The notes: generated by a model not told the origin, from the letters alone. Positions 1 to 9,218 are shown, numbered from the stretch's first letter. The stretch is 64,000 bases of DNA from Chthoniobacteraceae bacterium (GCA_035997375.1 DASYIS010000422.1:1380-65379), one strand, 5' to 3'. Numbers and translations: made by a program.

Positions 1-1191
1 CGCGAGACGAAGCTGAGCATCGGCATCGTCGCCTTCAGCGAGGCGCAGCAGGGCGCGATCGAGGACGCGCTGGAGGCGCTCGCGGCCGAGGACGCGGCGT
101 TCGAGGGGCGGCTCGAGGAAGAATATGCGCGCGAGGAGGACGACCAGTTTTGCGGGCTCTTCGTGAAGAACCTCGAGAACGTGCAGGGCGACGAACGCGA
201 CATCATCCTGCTCAGCATCTGCTACGGGCCCGATGCGAATGGCCGCATGCTGATGAACTTCGGCCCGATCAACCAGCGCGGCGGCGAGAAGCGGCTGAAC
301 GTGATCTTCAGCCGCGCGCGGCATCACATGGCGGTCGTCAGCAGCATCCGGCACGCGGCGATCACGAACGACTACAACGACGGCGCGGCGGCGCTGAAGA
401 GCTTCCTCCATTACGCCGAGTGCGCGTCGCGCGGCGACCTGCGCCTCGCCGGCGGCGTGCTGGAGGGGTTGAACCCGCTCACGCGCAAACAGCTCGCGCC
501 GCCACGCGGCGACGACGCGGTGGTGCGGCAGCTGGCCGCGGCCCTCCGCGAGCGCGGCCTGCGGGTCGACGAGCACGTCGGCCAATCGCGCTTCCGCTGC
601 GACCTCGCCGTGCGCGCGAGCGACGCGCGCCACTACTGCCTCGGCATCCTCATCGACACCGCGCGCCAGTACGCCAACCCCGACGTGGCCGAGCGCTGGG
701 TCACGCAACCCGCCATCCTGCGCGCCTTCGGCTGGCAGGTCGCGCTGGTCCTCACGCGCGACTGGCACCACGACCCGCAGGACGTGCTCGACCGCCTCGA
801 GCGCCTGATGCGCGGCGAAGCCGAGCCCGCGATGGCCCTCGAGGACGAAGCGCCCCCGCCCGCGCCGCCACCGGCCGCCGCGCCGGCTCCGGTCTCCCCG
901 GCGGCGGAGCCGGCCAAGGCAACCTCCGTCGACCAAACGCCGGCGAAGACGACCCGCCTGGAGTTCCGCGACGGCCGCTCCGCGAAGTTCTGGGAAGTGA
1001 CGCAAGACGGCGTACTGCTGACCGTCCGCTACGGCCGCCTCGGCGCCCAGGGCCAGACCCAAGTGAAGACCTTCGAAACCCCCGAGCGCGCCACCCGCGA
1101 AGCGGGGAAGCTGATCGCGGAGAAACTGCGCAAGGGGTATACGGCCGGCGGAAGCAAAGAGTCGCAGTCTTCCAGCTTGGCGTGTCAATAG
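1..1191 (+). CDS. Superfamily-1 (DNA2/NAM7-type) helicase, C-terminal part with restriction-endonuclease-like/DUF3320-type region and terminal WGR domain; 5' end outside window
   Basis: Frame 1 is open from nt 1. Motifs: NVQGDERDIILLS and INQRGGEKRLNVIFSRAR (late SF1 helicase motifs), RCDLAV..GILIDT (REase-like fold), LEFRDGRSAKFWEV..VRYGRLG (WGR). Confidence 0.8.
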   Translation, partial: RETKLSIGIVAFSEAQQGAIEDALEALAAEDAAFEGRLEEEYAREEDDQFCGLFVKNLENVQGDERDIILLSICYGPDANGRMLMNFGPINQRGGEKRLNVIFSRARHHMAVVSSIRHAAITNDYNDGAAALKSFLHYAECASRGDLRLAGGVLEGLNPLTRKQLAPPRGDDAVVRQLAAALRERGLRVDEHVGQSRFRCDLAVRASDARHYCLGILIDTARQYANPDVAERWVTQPAILRAFGWQVALVLTRDWHHDPQDVLDRLERLMRGEAEPAMALEDEAPPPAPPPAAAPAPVSPAAEPAKATSVDQTPAKTTRLEFRDGRSAKFWEVTQDGVLLTVRYGRLGAQGQTQVKTFETPERATREAGKLIAEKLRKGYTAGGSKESQSSSLACQ

Positions 1192-1200
1192 TAAGAACTG

Positions 1201-1246
1201 ACCCCCTGCCTTCGACCCGACCCCCTGCCTTCGACCCCCTGCCTTC
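1201..1246. repeat. Three direct copies of ACCCCCTGCCTTC (1201, 1220, 1234) just after the helicase stop, at the edge of the low-GC island
   Basis: Read directly from the sequence. Confidence 0.8.
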
Positions 1247-1343
1247 CTCCATGCGTGAACTCCCTCCCGGCGTGCTCCATCAGAAAGCTGCCGCCCGCCC
1301 GCTCGTCGCCAACCCAACTCGCGTCGCGGGCGAAGAAGATCGC

Positions 1344-1904
1344 CTACTGCGCGGCGTCTTCGATCAGCGGCTTAAGAATTTGGTGAGCTATCATTTCAAA
1401 GGCTAATTCATAGGCGTTAGTAAATGACGCCACGGAACCCAACGCATCGTCCAGATGACATCGATTTAACGCTATGTGTGCGTGGGGATTCGGGACTGAC
1501 GAAGTCATAAGGTGAAGGTGAGGCCCTCGTTTATAAACTTCGTGTGGACTTCCGAGAGCTTCATTCGGATCACAGTGAAGGGCGAGGAGTTCCTGCTCCT
1601 CGTTGGAAGCAACCGATCTGAACAGGCTGAAGTACGCTCTAAACAAATAAGCTTCGTCCCGGCCAAACATTCTCCAAAGCTCGAAATACATTGCATGAAC
1701 TCTCGAAATGAATGTTGGAAAACGCCACGACCTATAGTCGCTGGTCGCAGGCGCGCCCGCATGCACGCCGATTACGTATTCCCGTCCAATGGACCGCGGT
1801 TGCCAAGCTGGACCAGTGGGGGTTTGAGTTAGTTGTTTAAGCATCCGCGAGACCTCTGCTCCTCGGGAACTCAGGGCAGCCATGTTTGTGGTGATCCTAA
1901 ACAT
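1344..1904 (-). CDS. Hypothetical protein (186 aa), translationally coupled to the upstream methyltransferase
   Basis: The internal ATG at 1904 overlaps the methyltransferase stop as TGATG. Lies in the low-GC island. His-rich segment PHLHL..PHAHIAL. No family recognised. Confidence 0.6.
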   Translation of the reverse strand: MFRITTNMAALSSRGAEVSRMLKQLTQTPTGPAWQPRSIGREYVIGVHAGAPATSDYRSWRFPTFISRVHAMYFELWRMFGRDEAYLFRAYFSLFRSVASNEEQELLALHCDPNEALGSPHEVYKRGPHLHLMTSSVPNPHAHIALNRCHLDDALGSVASFTNAYELAFEMIAHQILKPLIEDAAQ

Positions 1905-4588
1905 CAAAGCTCCATTCCAATACCTAAGCGTTCCTTGGCCGACAAACAATAAAGGCCAGCCACTATTTGGTCCAGTTCGCGCTCACAAGTTTGGTTATCT
2001 TCCAAATCGGTGCTGGCGATCCGTTTGTCCACAAGTCGAAGAAGATGCTTGAGAATGGCGGGATCGATTGTCGTGGGATCCGGGACGGGCGTTGACGACA
2101 AGGTGGCAGATTCAAGTCGAGCATATCCGCGCTGATAGCTATGAGAGTGGGATGAAATGTGCCAAAAGCACGGCGTCGAATTTAGAACTGCTAGAAATAC
2201 TCGCAAAAGGGAGTCGTCTCCAGTTCTCTCGATAGGAAAGAGGAACGGAGAATGGGACACCGCATAACTCCCCTCCTTGTCGAACGCGAAACGGGGAACC
2301 AGGACGAGGTGCGGCGTTACCAATTTCGGACGCATCATGTGTTCAGGCTTGCGTGGCCTAACAGGCATCCACCACTCCAACTGTCCCTTCATCACAGGTG
2401 ATCTTTGTCGGAGGATCCGACGATGCGAACAGAGATATTCCCATGTATCAGGAAAATCCCGCTTCACCTCGTCTTCAGTCAACCGCCGACTCCCATCGAA
2501 AGGATAGAAAAGGTAGCGCGCAGTTTTCCCAGGAACATAATATACGCCCATTTCACGATCGGAAAGATAAGGGACATAAATTTTACGGTCGGCCTTCGGA
2601 ATCCGCGATCGGGGAATCAAAAAAACGTCGTCCGCCCCCGTAATAAATCCTTCCCGGACTTCGAAATAATCCCGGAGAATCGGAAGTTTGTCGAAACGTT
2701 TTTTGATTCCCGCCTCAACAGGAGGTAAAATATGCCACTCTGAATCCGAAAAGAAGCTTTGATCTACGTCGTACACCGAGAAAAGATTGGATTCGACCTG
2801 CTGTCCTTCGAGCACATACTGAAGTGCCTTCCCAACCCAGTCCTGACACTTTACTAGGGTTGCCGAAGGCTCTTGCAGCGCGGCAATGGCTCGTTTTTGA
2901 AATATCATCAAAACGACATATGCGCCAACATCTGAAAACACTATAACATCCTTCAAATCGACAAGGCATCGAATCCAGCAGGCCCCCCTCAGATATTCGC
3001 GCATCTTGGACGCGTTTTTGGCCAGTAAGAAATTATGCGGGAGTACAAACAACCCGTACCCTCCGGGTTTCAGGGCGTCAATGGCGATTCGAAGAAAGGC
3101 TAAATATAAGTCAACTCTTCCGATCGAGTATTCCTCCATGTAGTCCGAAAGCTGCTTGCGTAATCCTGGGTCCTGATAAGTTGTGGACACGAATGGAGGA
3201 TTCGCAATAATCGCATCATAATCCCGAAGTAAACCAGCGTTAGACTCGATTAGATCAAGAATCTGCGCTGAGTGAATGTTTAGCGTGACTGGAAGATCAT
3301 CAACTAGCACCAAGTGGAGGAGCGCAAGAGAAAGACGACTCGCCTGGCATGCGTTCTCGTCTTTATCGTATCCGTTGACTCGCTGAAAGCAGGACTTGAT
3401 GACATCTGTTGTGAGATCACTCGGCGGATCACACTGAAGCTCAAGAAGGGTCCGAAGAAATATTCCGGACCCACACGCCGGGTCCAAAGAGCGAATTTTG
3501 CGAAAGGTTGATGGAGGCATTTGCTCTCTCAAATAGCGCGCGAAAAAGCGCGCAATGAATTGAGGAGTGTATACGCTGCCAAATGCACGCTCGCTCTTCT
3601 CTTGGGCGATGGAGGGTAGAAAGCTTAGTTGCTCGGTCGGCTCGATACGGAGTATGGAGACGTAATGCTCGTAAATCCGACTCAAAGCATGCTTTGACAT
3701 CAGCGAAAAATCATACCTGTAAGGGGCAAATTTGTTTTGGTAGAAATCTCCAATTAAGGCTTTGCAAGTACTGTTTTGAAGCTTATTAAATATCGCGATT
3801 CGAGCTTCATCGAGGACATACGTTGGCAGATTCCCCGGGATGTAACGACGCAGCGTTGCAGAGAGGCAGTCAGTAAAGTGACTCCTATCAGCATTTATAC
3901 GGCAGGTCTCGTAAAGAGTCGCGGATTCTTCACTCCGATCGCGACGGTGCATCCTAACGGCATTATCCTCCGCAGCCCGAATGAACATTATCGTGTTGAA
4001 CAATGAAGACAACTCTTCATTCGTCGGAAGGTTGTTTAGCTCGGCAGCAAGGTTGCGTTTCCAAAAGGAAATTGTCCGGATTAGAGCATCGTCGAGGGCC
4101 GGGACATTCGGATTCGGCCGCTGACCGCTCACTTGCTCGAATGCTTCGCTGCGGAGATGTTCCGAGTCGTGCCGCGACAGTTTGCTGGTTTGAACGATTT
4201 TCGGCGGATCGCTCCGATTAAATACAAATAGAATTTCATCGAACTGGACTTGAATATGCCAGTCAACCAAATTGTTATACGAAATGGAAAGCAGTCGGTG
4301 CTTTTCCGACATGCTCAAATCGACGTAGCGCTGATGCTGGCGAAAGAACGTGATTACAGCCGTATGCTCCAGTCCGTGCTCGACAAGAAGATGCGCCGTT
4401 GTCACACCTCCGAGGTCATCCGTTTCGAATCGGTCAGTCGGATGCCAACCTAACGTTTGGGCGAAGTCGTTCAATGCCCGACTTCGCTCCGGAGGAGAGG
4501 TTAGGTCAGACGTGAGGCGCAAGAGAATGTCGAATTCATTATCCATTGGTGGCGGTACTGGTTCTAGCGTCGGTTCGCGTGCGGACAA
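1904..4588 (-). CDS. Eco57I/type-IIG-like N6-adenine DNA methyltransferase (894 aa) with a long N-terminal helical region and a C-terminal specificity-like region
   Basis: SAM motif I LDPACGSGIFL and catalytic motif IV NPPF(VS). Size and architecture resemble type IIG/IIL or BREX PglX-type enzymes. Visibly lower GC than the flanks. Confidence 0.85.
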   Translation of the reverse strand: MSAREPTLEPVPPPMDNEFDILLRLTSDLTSPPERSRALNDFAQTLGWHPTDRFETDDLGGVTTAHLLVEHGLEHTAVITFFRQHQRYVDLSMSEKHRLLSISYNNLVDWHIQVQFDEILFVFNRSDPPKIVQTSKLSRHDSEHLRSEAFEQVSGQRPNPNVPALDDALIRTISFWKRNLAAELNNLPTNEELSSLFNTIMFIRAAEDNAVRMHRRDRSEESATLYETCRINADRSHFTDCLSATLRRYIPGNLPTYVLDEARIAIFNKLQNSTCKALIGDFYQNKFAPYRYDFSLMSKHALSRIYEHYVSILRIEPTEQLSFLPSIAQEKSERAFGSVYTPQFIARFFARYLREQMPPSTFRKIRSLDPACGSGIFLRTLLELQCDPPSDLTTDVIKSCFQRVNGYDKDENACQASRLSLALLHLVLVDDLPVTLNIHSAQILDLIESNAGLLRDYDAIIANPPFVSTTYQDPGLRKQLSDYMEEYSIGRVDLYLAFLRIAIDALKPGGYGLFVLPHNFLLAKNASKMREYLRGACWIRCLVDLKDVIVFSDVGAYVVLMIFQKRAIAALQEPSATLVKCQDWVGKALQYVLEGQQVESNLFSVYDVDQSFFSDSEWHILPPVEAGIKKRFDKLPILRDYFEVREGFITGADDVFLIPRSRIPKADRKIYVPYLSDREMGVYYVPGKTARYLFYPFDGSRRLTEDEVKRDFPDTWEYLCSHRRILRQRSPVMKGQLEWWMPVRPRKPEHMMRPKLVTPHLVLVPRFAFDKEGSYAVSHSPFLFPIERTGDDSLLRVFLAVLNSTPCFWHISSHSHSYQRGYARLESATLSSTPVPDPTTIDPAILKHLLRLVDKRIASTDLEDNQTCERELDQIVAGLYCLSAKERLGIGMEL

Positions 4589-4754
4589 GCCACGGACACG
4601 AGCGCCAGATATACTCAGGCGAACATGTCCGCATTGTCAAGGGCTCACTACTCAAGGTGGACACATTTAGGATCGGGTGGGGAAAAGCATGAGGCATGCT
4701 CCACTTTGTGGCAAGGTGCTCCGTTACAGAAAAATCGGAACACCCTCCGTCTCC

Positions 4755-5066
4755 TTAGCTCGCCTCCGGCAGCACTACGTACGGTTCCAGCTTCCGCGCA
4801 GCTCGTCGATCAGCTCCGGCTACATAAACGCGTAATCGTCCGGGATGTGCAGGTGATGATCTGCTTGCCCTCCAGCGCTTCGGGGTACTTTCGCCGGAGC
4901 TGGCTGAGGTGCGATTTCTCCATGACGAAGATGAGGTCGGCCCAGCCGAGGTGGCCGGCGGTGACGACGATGCGGGCTTCGCCTGGCAGCCGGGGGCGCC
5001 CTCGAACAGCTTCTCGGCGGTGAGGCTGCGGATCTTGTTGCGGCTGCAGATGAAGAGCAGCTTCAG
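4755..5066 (-). pseudogene. Low-molecular-weight protein-tyrosine-phosphatase-like gene, decayed (three frameshifts plus one in-frame stop)
   Basis: KLLFICSRNKIRSLTAEKLFEG (CX5R P-loop) is in one frame, EKSHLSQLRRKYPEALEGKQII in a second, HLHIPDDYAFM-TAG-PELIDEL in a third, and KLEPYVVLPEAS-stop back in the first. Confidence 0.7.
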
Positions 5067-5170
5067 CGGAAGAGGGGGAGACAAGGAGGGAGGGAGAGGG
5101 GGCGAGACAGCCTCCTTCACGACGCCGGCGCTACTTCCCGCCGGGGCGCGCACAGGGGGGCGCGCACAGG

Positions 5171-5271
5171 GGTCAGACCTGAATGGCGCTAAGATAAGCC
5201 GCTTTTGGGACGCGCCGCTCCGGGAATTTCGTCCCAAATGGCTCTTATCTTAGCGCCATTCGGGTCAGACC
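5171..5271. repeat. Imperfect 100-nt palindrome (two arms of about 42 nt, GGTCAGACCTGAATGGCGCTAAGATAAG...) next to the transposase remnant; REP/IS200-type terminal hairpin candidate
   Basis: Left arm 5171-5212 is about 85 percent complementary to right arm 5230-5271. Confidence 0.8.
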
Positions 5272-5304
5272 TTACTATTGACAGTCGAGCCCCGGGTGCG
5301 GCGC

Positions 5305-5550
5305 ATGCCACGACCGCCGCGCATCGAGTATGAAGGAGCCACGAGCCGGGGCGATCGGCGGGAGGAGATTTTCGTCGATGAGCAGGATCGCCGCAGCCTT
5401 TTGCGCACTTTGGGCGAAGCCTGCGCGAAGACCGTCTGGGAGATGCACGCCTATGTGCTGATGAGCAATCACTTTGCTCTCGTCGTGGAGACCCCGCAGC
5501 CGAATCTGGCGTTGGGGATGCAGTGGTTGCTCGGGACGTACACGCAACGC
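5305..5550 (+). pseudogene. IS200/IS605-type Y1 (REP-associated, RAYT-like) transposase, truncated and mutated
   Basis: MPRPPRIEY..RGDRREEIF..HAYVLMSNHFALVVETPQPNL..GTYTQR matches the common RAYT N-terminus. The YHVMN block is missing, the HUH motif reads HFA, and homology stops at 5550. Confidence 0.75.
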
Positions 5551-5640
5551 GGCAGGGCGTCCCATTCCTCCTGCGGCATGCTTTCGAGCCAGGCGAGCTT
5601 TTCCAGGCACTCCAGCACCGAGCGCCGTCCGCCGCCGGGG

Positions 5641-6531
5641 TCAATACTTGATGGTGGAGGCGGCGTAGATCTGGTCGACGGCCGCCGCCAGGGTTGCGTC
5701 GAACTGGGCGTCGGTCATCGGATGCCGCAGGTCGTCCAGGAGGGCCCGGGAGAAGCTCGCGATCATGCCGTGATTCTTCGCCAGGCGCCGGCAGGCGTCG
5801 TGGAGGGAGTATCCGCCCGACAGGGCCACGACCCGGGTGACGCGCGGATGGTGGACGAGCGGCGCGTAGAGGTCGGGGATTTCGGGGATCGTTACTTTGA
5901 TCATCACCGTCTGTCCCGCGGGCAAGGCGTTCACTCCCTGGAGCAGCTCCTGGAGGAGAATGGCTTCGGCGCCGGCTTTGTCGGGGCTTTTGATCAGGAC
6001 TTCCGGCTCGAGGATGGGGACGAGCCCGTGCCGGATGATTTGCGCGCCGACGGCAAACTGCTGCGCCACGAGGGCGGCGATCCCCGTCGGCGAGGGGAGC
6101 TGGATGACCGATCGCATCTTGGTGCCGAAGATGCCCAGCCCGACCGCCCGCGTGAGCAAGGCGTCCAGCGCGGGGATCGGCTTCATCAGTTGGACGCCGT
6201 CGTGCTCGGGTTCCATTCCCTTGTCGACTTTCAGGAACGGCACGACGCCGCGCTCTTCCCACAGCCAGGCGGGGACGGGCTTGCCCTTGGCCAGCCCGTC
6301 CATCGTGCCTTCGAAGAGGATGGCGCCGATGATTTTGTCGCCGTGGAAGGCCGGCGAGCTCATGACGCGCACCCGCATCTCATGCATGCGCTGGAACATC
6401 TCGGCTTCGCCGCTGTAGGCACTTTCCGGGATGCCGTAAGCCCGCAGCGCCCCGGGCGTCGAGCCGCCGCTTTGGTCCAGCGCGGCGATGAAGCCCTTTT
6501 TCCCGGTCATCTGCGTGAGCATGTCTTTCAT
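5641..6531 (-). CDS. fba: Class I fructose-bisphosphate aldolase (296 aa)
   Basis: KKGFIAALDQSGGSTP..FLKVDKG..ILEPEVLI..SGGYS are typical of the 296-aa class I FBA family. Clean ORF; the antisense 435-aa ORF is a shadow. Confidence 0.9.
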   Translation of the reverse strand: MKDMLTQMTGKKGFIAALDQSGGSTPGALRAYGIPESAYSGEAEMFQRMHEMRVRVMSSPAFHGDKIIGAILFEGTMDGLAKGKPVPAWLWEERGVVPFLKVDKGMEPEHDGVQLMKPIPALDALLTRAVGLGIFGTKMRSVIQLPSPTGIAALVAQQFAVGAQIIRHGLVPILEPEVLIKSPDKAGAEAILLQELLQGVNALPAGQTVMIKVTIPEIPDLYAPLVHHPRVTRVVALSGGYSLHDACRRLAKNHGMIASFSRALLDDLRHPMTDAQFDATLAAAVDQIYAASTIKY

Positions 6532-6917
6532 GTTTTAGAGGTGAAGAAAAGGGGAGAAGAAAGGAAGTCGAGAGTTTCTCTTTGACGGAGAAAGAGGACA
6601 TTCCGGCACCAGTGGACGCCCTCTCGTGGTGCAGCATGATGGCGGCGGCAGGCGCAACGCTCGGGCAGCGGACAGCGATCCACGCGCCTGTCCGGCGGCA
6701 TGGCGTCCCATTCCTCCCGCGGTCCAGGGCCACGCGCACCGGAGTCCGAAGAGGCGTGAGTCCGCGGCCAGCGCGGCGAATCAAGACAGCATTTTCGCTG
6801 CTTTTTCGCGTGACAAAATCGGTCGTTTTCAGTCGTTTTTTCGGCCCGTTCCCTAGGTGAAAGGGCGAAAATGCAAATTCATGTAGGTGTTGTGAAAAGC
6901 CGTGTTTTCATGGAGGG

Positions 6918-7586
6918 ATGCTTCAATCACCACTCGCCGCAACGCCCTCCGAAACCACCGAAACCCCGACCCTTCATCTCCTCCCCTCGCCACGCCCTCT
7001 GCGGCTGGACGAACTGACGCCGGAGGTCGCCAAACTCATCTGCGACGTGATCCGCCTGGACGGGTTGGCCGACCATCACGCCGGCGCGTTGGCGCGCGTG
7101 CGGCGGGCCACCCTGGAGCGTTGGAAAGCGGAGGATGAAGGTTTCGCGCTCGCGCTGGAATTGGCGCGCGCGGAGTTCGAGTGGAAGCTGGTGCAAAAGA
7201 TCAACAACGCGCGCAAACGCGACGGAACGCCGGACTGGCGCGCGCAGGTTTGGATGCTCACGAATTACTCGGCGGAGGGGGTGGTGAAACCGGCGCGCGC
7301 CGCGAAGCCGGCCGGCGCGGACGCGCAAAGGCGTGCAAACCTTCCCGAAACTCCCGCCGCGCCGCCGGCGCCGACCGCTCAGGGGACTGAGCGGACCACG
7401 AGGGAACGGTGCGCTCCACCAAGTGGGCCGGGAGGCGCGCGCGAAAATACCGCAAACCTTCCCGAAACCCCGGCGCGCGCAGGCGGATCGCCGCTCGCCG
7501 GACGGATCGCTCCGGCCGGACAAAAGCCGTCATTTGTTCCCGAAACCACCCAACTCGCCGGAGCGGGCGGGCAGCGCGCGGCTTGA
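6918..7586 (+). CDS. Hypothetical protein with an N-terminal terminase-small-subunit-like HTH; the C-terminal half is low complexity and built on TTCCCGAAAC repeats
   Basis: LTPEVAKLICDVIRLDG..RVRRATLERWKAEDEGF resembles HTH modules seen again in the prophage. The C-terminus may be spurious. Confidence 0.5.
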   Translation: MLQSPLAATPSETTETPTLHLLPSPRPLRLDELTPEVAKLICDVIRLDGLADHHAGALARVRRATLERWKAEDEGFALALELARAEFEWKLVQKINNARKRDGTPDWRAQVWMLTNYSAEGVVKPARAAKPAGADAQRRANLPETPAAPPAPTAQGTERTTRERCAPPSGPGGARENTANLPETPARAGGSPLAGRIAPAGQKPSFVPETTQLAGAGGQRAA

Positions 7587-7599
7587 TTGAGCCTGAAAA

Positions 7600-7739
7600 C
7601 CGGAATGAGGACCACGGATATCACGGATGGCACGGATACCGAGGCACTTGCGCAAGATCGGAGACTCACCCGATGGGTCGTGTCCAAGAATCGTGCCCAT
7701 CTGTGCAACCCGTGGTCCATCTTCCGTCTCCATTCCCGG
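7600..7739. repeat. REP-like structured element: CACGGAT x3 plus an imperfect terminal inverted repeat (CCGGAATGAGGACCACGG / CCGTGGTCC..CATTCCCGG)
   Basis: Read directly from the sequence. Non-coding gap between two + strand genes. Confidence 0.5.
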
Positions 7740-7905
7740 ATTAGATTGAGTTGCGGTGCCGCCGCCGGGCCGGATTTTCCCGAAACTCGGCCCTCGGTGC
7801 GCTCCGCGCGCCTGCGATCTGATGAATCCATCGAGCCCCCGGCATCCGAACTCTAAGGGCACATCTTTACGCGCCGCGCGCGGCGTGATTTAGTGGCCTC
7901 ATCCC

Positions 7906-9204
7906 ATGCGCCGACGATTTCCCCTTCTGCTCCTCCTTGCCACCGCGCTTCTTTTGCCGACCGCAGGCCGGGCCGACACGGTCATCCTGAAATCGGGTGA
8001 GAAACTCGAGGGCAAAATCGTCGGCGAAACCGCCGCGGATTACACCGTGGATTACAAAGCCGGCGCCGGGATCACCGACACGCGGACGGTTCTCAAGTCC
8101 GACGTGGAAAAGGTCGTGAAGGAAACGCCGGACGATCTCGCCTGGCAGCAACTGAAGACGCTGCAGATCGGCGCGGCGTCGCTGCCCGTGGGCGGCTACG
8201 AGGGCCCGATGCACCTGCTGCAAGGCTTCATCGCGCAGTTCCCGCAAAGCCCGCACGCCGGCGAGGCCGCGCAGGCGCTGAAGGGGTTCGAGGCCGACAA
8301 GCAGCGCGTCGACGACGGCGAGGTGAAGATCGAAGGCAAGTGGATTTCCAAGGAGGAGGTGCAAAAGGAGCGCTACCAGATCAACGGTCGCGCGGTCTAC
8401 AGCTACATGCAGGATCTCGCCCGCCACAACGACCTCGTCGGCGCCCTGAATGCGTTCGACAAGCTGGAGAAAGAGTACCCCGGCTCCAGTGCGTATCCCG
8501 ACGCGGTCCCCCTGGCCCGCCAGCTGGTGGAGAAGCTGAAGCCGACCGCCGACCAGATGTTGAAGAGCTGGCAATATCAAAAGGGCGAGCGCGATGCCGC
8601 GACGAAGATGATGCCCGATGCGCAGCGGATCCAGACCGCGGCGGCCCAGAAGGGCGAGCAGGACCGGCTCGACGCGGCCCTGGAAGCCTCGACCAAGGGC
8701 GGGGTGAAATGGCCGCCGCTGCAGAAGCAACACGAAAAGACCCTCTCGACGATCATCGCCAAGACGCAGCCCGAGCTGACGCGCCTGAACGCGCTGCCCG
8801 TGGAGAAAATGCGGCAGTCGCTCCAGCTCGCGCAACAGGCGCGCGAAGAGCTGGCGAAGCATGATCTCGAGGCCGCCGACACCGCGGCGAAGGACGCGAC
8901 GAAACTCTGGAGCGCGAACGAGCTCGCGACCCGCCTGCAAAAGGAAGTCACGGCCCAGAAGACGCTGGCCAAGGCCGCCACGCCCGTGCCGGTGGCCGTC
9001 GCCGCCACCCCGGCGCCGCACGCGGCGCAGGCGCCGGCGGCCAAGACCACCACCGCCCCCCCGCCCGTGTCGCCCGAGGAGCCGAAGAATTTCTTTGCCA
9101 CCCCGCGCGGACTGGGAGCCATCGGGCTCGTCGTGCTGCTCCTCGGCTACGGCTACTTCAATTACAAAAAGAAGAAGCAAGCCGCCACGCACGATTTGGG
9201 TTAG
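7906..9204 (+). CDS. Secreted/membrane-anchored hypothetical protein (432 aa)
   Basis: N-terminal signal peptide MRRRFPLLLLLATALLLPTAGRA. C-terminal TM segment GAIGLVVLLLGYGYF followed by KKKK. The long antisense ORF 7867..9192 is a shadow. Confidence 0.8.
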   Translation: MRRRFPLLLLLATALLLPTAGRADTVILKSGEKLEGKIVGETAADYTVDYKAGAGITDTRTVLKSDVEKVVKETPDDLAWQQLKTLQIGAASLPVGGYEGPMHLLQGFIAQFPQSPHAGEAAQALKGFEADKQRVDDGEVKIEGKWISKEEVQKERYQINGRAVYSYMQDLARHNDLVGALNAFDKLEKEYPGSSAYPDAVPLARQLVEKLKPTADQMLKSWQYQKGERDAATKMMPDAQRIQTAAAQKGEQDRLDAALEASTKGGVKWPPLQKQHEKTLSTIIAKTQPELTRLNALPVEKMRQSLQLAQQAREELAKHDLEAADTAAKDATKLWSANELATRLQKEVTAQKTLAKAATPVPVAVAATPAPHAAQAPAAKTTTAPPPVSPEEPKNFFATPRGLGAIGLVVLLLGYGYFNYKKKKQAATHDLG

Positions 9205-9218
9205 ACCCTTGCGCTCCC

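Noticed and set aside
150-1406. 418-aa Arg/Pro-rich ORF overlapping the helicase 3' end in another frame
   Set aside because: Typical high-GC shadow ORF: low-complexity RRRPA composition and no motifs. The frame-1 product has clear helicase, REase and WGR motifs.
5278-6585. 435-aa + strand ORF running from the transposase remnant through the whole aldolase locus
   Set aside because: Only the first 91 codons or so resemble a RAYT transposase. The rest is antisense to a well-supported fba gene and is compositional read-through.
7867-9192. 441-aa minus-strand ORF
   Set aside because: Antisense shadow of the secreted protein gene 7906..9204, which has a signal peptide and a TM anchor. The antisense product is low-complexity G/R/L.
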